A DNA stretch of 64,000 nt from Candidatus Obscuribacterales bacterium (GTDB taxonomy: Bacteria; Cyanobacteriota; Vampirovibrionia; Obscuribacterales; Obscuribacteraceae). The stretch spans positions 960,001 through 1,024,000 of the forward strand of contig CBDDIJ010000002.1 of assembly GCA_965228855.1 (NCBI GenBank), in the 5' to 3' direction. Below, in pieces: positions 59,084 to 64,000 of this stretch. The first letter of the stretch is position 1; the number at the start of each line of letters is the position of its first letter. Below the pieces are notes generated by a model. That model was not told the origin of the DNA. It was given only the letters and a program-made list of their open reading frames with translations, and did not search any database. A program made the position numbers and the translations under genes.

Positions 59084-59725
59084 TCAGCTTGCGGCTCGGC
59101 GCTTTCGGCGAAGCGGGTTGTACGCCAGCGCTTTCTTGTTGCGCAGCTTGGTGCGAAGCGCCTCCAGCGCCAGGTCTTCTTCCTCCTCGAACTCCACGAA
59201 TCCAGCCTCCGGCTCGTCGTCGGAGTAGAGTCCGCAGCAGTACGCGCAACCGCACGAGTAGTCGTAGTCGAGTTCGTAGCCGAAGCCGATTGGCGGCAGC
59301 GCGTCCGCGTCGATCACCAGCCCGTCGGCGTATGCCTTACGCAACTCATAAAGGTTGCGACCGGCAGCGCGAGCTTCGTCACGAGCGCGCTCCAGCTGTT
59401 TCTCCGCCCAATACTCCGCGTCGATGGCGCGGTAGTAATGGCGCTGGTTGTGGCGTTCGCTTTCCTCTTCCAACCACGCGGCGTAGCTTTCGCGGAAGCT
59501 CAGGCTGACCTCGCAGCAGCACGGACGCTCGAGGTCCTTGCGGATGCTCGCCAGCACCTCCATGCGCTCACGGTAGAGCTCGTTCAGCTCGCCGACGACA
59601 GCCAGGTGTTCCTTCCTTGCTAACGTCAGGTCCAGGCGCGCTCTGGCCAGCGCCTCATCGGCGCTGCGCTTGTCCTCAATCGCCCAGCCGAGCTGGAGGG
59701 TGGTCGCAACGTACTCTTGATCCAT
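59084..59725 (-). CDS. hypothetical coiled-coil protein with CxCxxC motif
   Basis: CAGGAG RBS; helical region then CGCAYCC, acidic tract and basic tail. Confidence 0.75.
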   Translation of the reverse strand: MDQEYVATTLQLGWAIEDKRSADEALARARLDLTLARKEHLAVVGELNELYRERMEVLASIRKDLERPCCCEVSLSFRESYAAWLEEESERHNQRHYYRAIDAEYWAEKQLERARDEARAAGRNLYELRKAYADGLVIDADALPPIGFGYELDYDYSCGCAYCCGLYSDDEPEAGFVEFEEEEDLALEALRTKLRNKKALAYNPLRRKRRAAS

Positions 59726-59801
59726 AAGTGAGCTCCTGGAGGAATCGAAGTCGTTTCAACTACTGAAGTCGAAACTGTGAAACGGAGAACGGGGCCGACT
59801 G

Positions 59802-60029
59802 CTAAGTCAGTTGGAAAGCTCGAACCGAGTAACAGTACTCACCGCCGCGGCGTCGGCTGCCGACCCAGACGACGGCGGATGCGCTGTTCTCGTCGTACTC
59901 TCGCCAATCGCGCAGCTTGCCCTGCTCGCGGATGTACTGCTCCGCGAGAGCCATCGACGACCGCACGGCGACGACGCTGAAACCTTCGTCGATGCCGCGT
60001 TCACACCTCGAGATTACAAAAACGTTCAT
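59802..60029 (-). CDS. small hypothetical protein resembling phage-type small proteins
   Basis: AAAGGA RBS; MNVFVI...VVAV.SS...AEQY. Confidence 0.65.
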   Translation of the reverse strand: MNVFVISRCERGIDEGFSVVAVRSSMALAEQYIREQGKLRDWREYDENSASAVVWVGSRRRGGEYCYSVRAFQLT

Positions 60030-60062
60030 GCTTATCCTTTCTGAATGTGCTGGAGAGAAGAG

Positions 60063-60134
60063 CACGGTCGGAGGGATTCGAACCCCCACTGCATGGTTTT
60101 GGAGACCAGCAGGCTACCGTTACAACACGACCGT
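60063..60134 (-). tRNA. tRNA-Trp(CCA), degenerate D-arm, CCA tail not encoded
   Basis: acceptor ACGGTCG/CGACCGT, anticodon loop CTCCAAA, T-arm GGGGG-TTCGAAT-CCCTC, G discriminator. Confidence 0.75.
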
Positions 60135-60261
60135 GTGAAACCGTTCATGCAAGACGCGGCGCGGAGTCGCCCGAGCAAAGCTCGTGGCCCATCATCGCTA
60201 TTTGACCTGTCTTGCATGAACGGTGGTTTGCCTGCCACTACCAACAGTGGCAGGCCGATTG

Positions 60262-61023
60262 TCAGACGTCCTTGCGGGTCAGGGTGACGCGCAGGTTCTC
60301 GTCGATTTCAAGCACCTTCGTCTTCAGCCCCTTGCCCTCCGAGATGGACCCGGCGTTGGTCTTGCCGAGTTCGCGGTCCGGGAGGAAGCCGGTGAAGTCG
60401 CCGAAGTTGACCACCCAGCCGTCCCCGCGGCGCGCCAGCACCGTGCCGGTGTGCTTCGTGCCGACCGCGAACGAGCTGGCGAGCTTCTGGCGGAGGGGCA
60501 CCAGGCGCTCGCTCAGCTTGATGCTCAGGTCGCCGCGGTCGTCGCGCCCGACGCTCAGCACCTCGAGCGTCAGCACGGCACCCTCCTTGACCGTCGCCAG
60601 GCGCTGGTCGCGCACCTTGCGCGTGGCGCCGACCAGCTCGCTGCCGTGCAGGAAGGCGTCGTAGCCCGCGGCCTGACCGTCCGCGATGGTGACGACCAGA
60701 CCGACTTCCAGCAGGCGCGCCACGGTCGCCTTGACCGTCGTGCCGGGCTGCAGACCGGCGATGACGTCGTCGTCGCGGTACAGCTCGGACAGCGTCACCT
60801 TGGCGCCCTGAACGTCGACGACGTCGACCTCCACCTTGGCGCCCGCCACGAGGCTCTGCAGGCGGCGGTCGCGGGAGCGGCGGGAGCCGCCGAAGAGGCG
60901 GCTGACGTGCAAGAGCCCGTTGCCGCCGCCCTCGAAATCGGCGATGACGCCGTAGTCGCGGACCTCGCGGATGCTGCCGGTCAGCCGGGCGCCCTTGACC
61001 ACGTTCGTGTTGATCGTCTTCAT
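60262..61023 (-). CDS. S1 RNA-binding domain protein (three S1 repeats)
   Basis: three G.V.....YG...GLLH.S / AFLH.SEL / GFLP..EL S1 patterns; GGGAG RBS. Confidence 0.85.
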   Translation of the reverse strand: MKTINTNVVKGARLTGSIREVRDYGVIADFEGGGNGLLHVSRLFGGSRRSRDRRLQSLVAGAKVEVDVVDVQGAKVTLSELYRDDDVIAGLQPGTTVKATVARLLEVGLVVTIADGQAAGYDAFLHGSELVGATRKVRDQRLATVKEGAVLTLEVLSVGRDDRGDLSIKLSERLVPLRQKLASSFAVGTKHTGTVLARRGDGWVVNFGDFTGFLPDRELGKTNAGSISEGKGLKTKVLEIDENLRVTLTRKDV

Positions 61024-61438
61024 AAGCGTCTCCCGAAAAGAGGTGTTGACCGCTCGCAATCTGCGAGCAGCGAAGTTGGAACAGCGGACGATTTCAATAT
61101 CGAAAACGCCAGTCGCGCTGCTGCTCGACGCAGAAGTGCTTCCAGCGGTTGTTTTTCAGCTAATCGGAACGAAACAGCAGGGACTGTTAGCGCGTGGCTA
61201 AGTAGTTGGTATCGCAGGTGGTGAGAAGAGGTGCTCGCTGCTGTTTTGTTCGTCGCTCTTTGAAAAAAGGTTGATTGCAATGATGACGCCATCCTATGGA
61301 ACGGGCTTGGCTTTCCGCAATCGGGAATCTGCGAATTAATGCAAACTCAGTTGGTTTAAACCGCTTTCAACGTTCGCGAACTCTCGCTTGTGATCTTACA
61401 CAAGAGCATGACTCCGTATGCGGTGACATCGTTACCGA

Positions 61439-62536
61439 TTATGTCTTGTCGTCGAATTTGTTCAAAATTGCTTTTATAGAATGCGCGTGCGCCATGCCGG
61501 ACTCTCTGCCGTAGCCGCCTGCGAGAACCATCGCGACGGGAACGTTTTTCCCGCGTGCACATTCGACGACGAATAAATCGCGTTTGTTCATATCTGTAGA
61601 TGCAAGCTTGAAAGTGGACAGCGGGTCTGACTCCAGCACGTCGGAGCCGGCGTTGCATACAATCAAATCCGGTTTCACCTTGTCTATCGCAACTGGAAGT
61701 GTTTCTTCCAACGTAGATAGATAGACCTTTCCGCTCGTGTTTCGCGGGAATGGTACCGACCAGTCCTCTTCGACTTTCGGGTGGGGATAGATAGTTTCGT
61801 CATAAAAATCAAGCATGAATAGACCAGATCCGATCTTCTTAGCTTCGGTCGCGAAACCATTACCTTGATGCGCATCAGTATCGACAATCATGACGGTCTT
61901 TGCTAAACCCTCGTTCTGCAAGACTTTTGCGGCGATTGGAATATCCGAATATGCGCAAAAGCCACCGCCGTTGTTTTCACAAGCATGGTGATAGCCACCG
62001 CCAACATTAATCGCAAGTCCGTGTTTCAACGCCTTCCGCATAGTGAGAAGTGTGCCGCCTGCTGCAATGCGCATCGGTTTTAAAATTCTCCAGTCCAGCA
62101 AAATTGCAGGCACGAACATCGTCGGCGCAACTTCAAAGATTTTCGCGAGTTCGAAACTATCAGTGAGCGACTTGAGATAACGTTCCGAATGCACCAGCCT
62201 GAGCTGTTCTCTGGTGATGCTGTTTGGTCTCAAAAAGTCGCTGTCCGATCGCAGTCCGGATTTCGTCAGTTCCTTATGTATCTTTGCGTACTTGGTCGAG
62301 TCAAAGGGATGCAGTTTTTCAATTCCAAAAGCAGTGAAGTTATAGTGCGGGCTATAGATCAATGGGACTAAACCGTTTTCTATCGCCTCGGTTTTCTTCT
62401 CCGAAACTGCTTCTTCTATATCGTCGGCGAGCAAATAAGTGAGACCGCCCATGGAGGCCGCCCCCATTAGAAAAAGCAGTTGACGTCGCGACAACTTGCC
62501 GGCCAATCTGAATTGCTCCTGCCACAGTCTTTCCAT
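61439..62536 (-). CDS. histone deacetylase family protein with twin-arginine-like N-terminus
   Basis: LHPFD..KY, GGGYHHA, GGGFC, DTDAHQGNG, DPL, GGY; N-terminal SRRQLL plus hydrophobic stretch. Confidence 0.9.
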   Translation of the reverse strand: MERLWQEQFRLAGKLSRRQLLFLMGAASMGGLTYLLADDIEEAVSEKKTEAIENGLVPLIYSPHYNFTAFGIEKLHPFDSTKYAKIHKELTKSGLRSDSDFLRPNSITREQLRLVHSERYLKSLTDSFELAKIFEVAPTMFVPAILLDWRILKPMRIAAGGTLLTMRKALKHGLAINVGGGYHHACENNGGGFCAYSDIPIAAKVLQNEGLAKTVMIVDTDAHQGNGFATEAKKIGSGLFMLDFYDETIYPHPKVEEDWSVPFPRNTSGKVYLSTLEETLPVAIDKVKPDLIVCNAGSDVLESDPLSTFKLASTDMNKRDLFVVECARGKNVPVAMVLAGGYGRESGMAHAHSIKAILNKFDDKT

Positions 62537-62929
62537 CCTAGCAAACGCGTTGTGATATTTCGGACGGCGGAGCCGAATTTATTGGAATGCGATGCGCTGA
62601 AAGCTGGAACCAAGAGGGTTTCGGGATGTGAAATTTTTGTCGCGTGTAAATACGAATTGTTCCTGAGGGCTTTTGTTTTTAGACTGCGATGACTGTTGTG
62701 GTTTCTTTGAGAGAAAAATACGGATGAGATCAAGGCGGCCAGGGCGTCGGCGAAAGCTGCTAAGACCGCGGATTCGAAAGTGTCGGAGTTGAAAGAACCG
62801 CCGCCACCTGGGTTTGATAAGTAATCATCGAAATCCTTGAGTGAGCGTTCATCCAGCGTTAATTTTTATCGAGTCTCCAAACAGTTGTAATGCGGGTACA
62901 TTACTGTAAGACCCAGATTCGTGGCTTGA

Positions 62930-64000
62930 ATGAGTAACATTGAAAAACCTGCCTATCCTCAAACTTACGAGGAATTGCTGGCGCTCGCGACACGGCAGGA
63001 GTCTGTCATCAAGACGCTTAAAAGTACTCTTACTTTTCAGCAGAACAAGACTCGTGAAATCTTATACAGCATTCCGCTGGGCCTTCTGGTCGTCAATGAC
63101 CAGCAGCGCATCGAGGCGCTCAATAAGCTGGTGGAGGAATTCTTTGGATATCAATCCGAGGAGCTGGTCAGTCAAAAAATTTCGGTGCTTTTCCCGGATG
63201 TGACCCGTCTGGAGGTTAATCCAAAACCCGTGCAGGTGCTTGGAAAACGGAAAAATGGTGAAACATTTCCCGCGGAAATTTTCGTCAATGAGTACGATTC
63301 GCAACTAAACTTCGTGCATGTGCAAGATATTACGGAACGCGCTCGCCTGGAGAAATTGCGGCAAGATTTCGTGGCAATGGTAAGTCATGACTTGCGCACT
63401 CCGCTGACGTCGTTGCGCGGATTTCTAACTATGGTAGACGAGGGGGCATATGGCGAGATCTCGAGCCAGGGGCATCGAGCGGTCGAGCGCGCTCAATCAA
63501 GCGCCGACCTCCTTATTTCGCTGGTCGTCGATTTGCTTGATGCCGAAAAGATCGAAAACGGCGATTTCGAGCCGGAGTATCAGGAAACTACATCGGGAAC
63601 GGTTGTGGATCGGGCGATGTACGCGATTCAGGGAGCGGCTAAGGCTGCGGATGTAACGGTGGAGAAGGACGTCACCAACGATGTCTTCTGGGCCGACGAG
63701 GATCGTATCGTGCAGGTGATTGTCAATCTGGCTGGAAACGCGCTCAAGTTTTCCCCCGCTGGTTCTGTAGTGACAATCTCTGCGGGTCTTGAAGGCGCGG
63801 GAGTTGTGTTTCGTGTGCGCGACCGCGGACCGGGCATTCCGAAACACTTGCAATCAGCTATTTTCGAACGGTACCGGCAACTGAATCAACCAAAGGAAAC
63901 CAAGAAACGCGGTTTCGGGCTCGGGCTTGCAATCTGCAAAGCTCTCGTTGAAAAACACAACGGGCGTTTGTGGGTGCAGAGCGAGGAGGGCAAAGGCAGT
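62930..64000 (+). CDS. PAS-domain sensor histidine kinase, runs off the window (not in the ORF track)
   Basis: open frame from ATG 62930 (MSNIEKPAY); SHDLRTPL, NLAGNALKF, DRGPGIP, GFGLGLAICK. Confidence 0.9.
   Translation, partial: MSNIEKPAYPQTYEELLALATRQESVIKTLKSTLTFQQNKTREILYSIPLGLLVVNDQQRIEALNKLVEEFFGYQSEELVSQKISVLFPDVTRLEVNPKPVQVLGKRKNGETFPAEIFVNEYDSQLNFVHVQDITERARLEKLRQDFVAMVSHDLRTPLTSLRGFLTMVDEGAYGEISSQGHRAVERAQSSADLLISLVVDLLDAEKIENGDFEPEYQETTSGTVVDRAMYAIQGAAKAADVTVEKDVTNDVFWADEDRIVQVIVNLAGNALKFSPAGSVVTISAGLEGAGVVFRVRDRGPGIPKHLQSAIFERYRQLNQPKETKKRGFGLGLAICKALVEKHNGRLWVQSEEGKGS

Overview
64-kb bacterial chromosomal window. The gene repertoire and TPR/histidine-kinase richness resemble non-photosynthetic Cyanobacteriota (Melainabacteria/Obscuribacterales); this is an unverified inference. 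A moderate-GC backbone carries rtcB, an S41 protease, dapC-dapD-dapE, a two-component cluster with an ethylene-receptor-like kinase, ftcD, speB, tadA, trxB, TPR proteins, GT-C-like membrane proteins, Uma2 and an HDAC-family protein. It is interrupted by about ten blocks with visibly GC-richer coding sequence: split Aas-like genes, an HD/REC operon, an M49 peptidase, two APC permeases, a pepA-patatin operon, and an S1 protein with a degenerate tRNA-Trp. The strongest unexplained signal is that eight of these blocks end in a hairpin followed 13-18 nt later by a (C/T)TACTAT(A) motif. The same motif also forms inward-facing pairs around REP-like palindromes, and around a PLD-nuclease/HTH gene with its own palindrome array. 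An IS621-like IS110 element sits in a 156-bp repeat array. Its bridge-RNA guides, circle-junction promoter and empty target can all be read directly, and its target core (GT) appears to differ from its donor core (CT). All calls come from reading motifs by eye; no database searches or computations were run.
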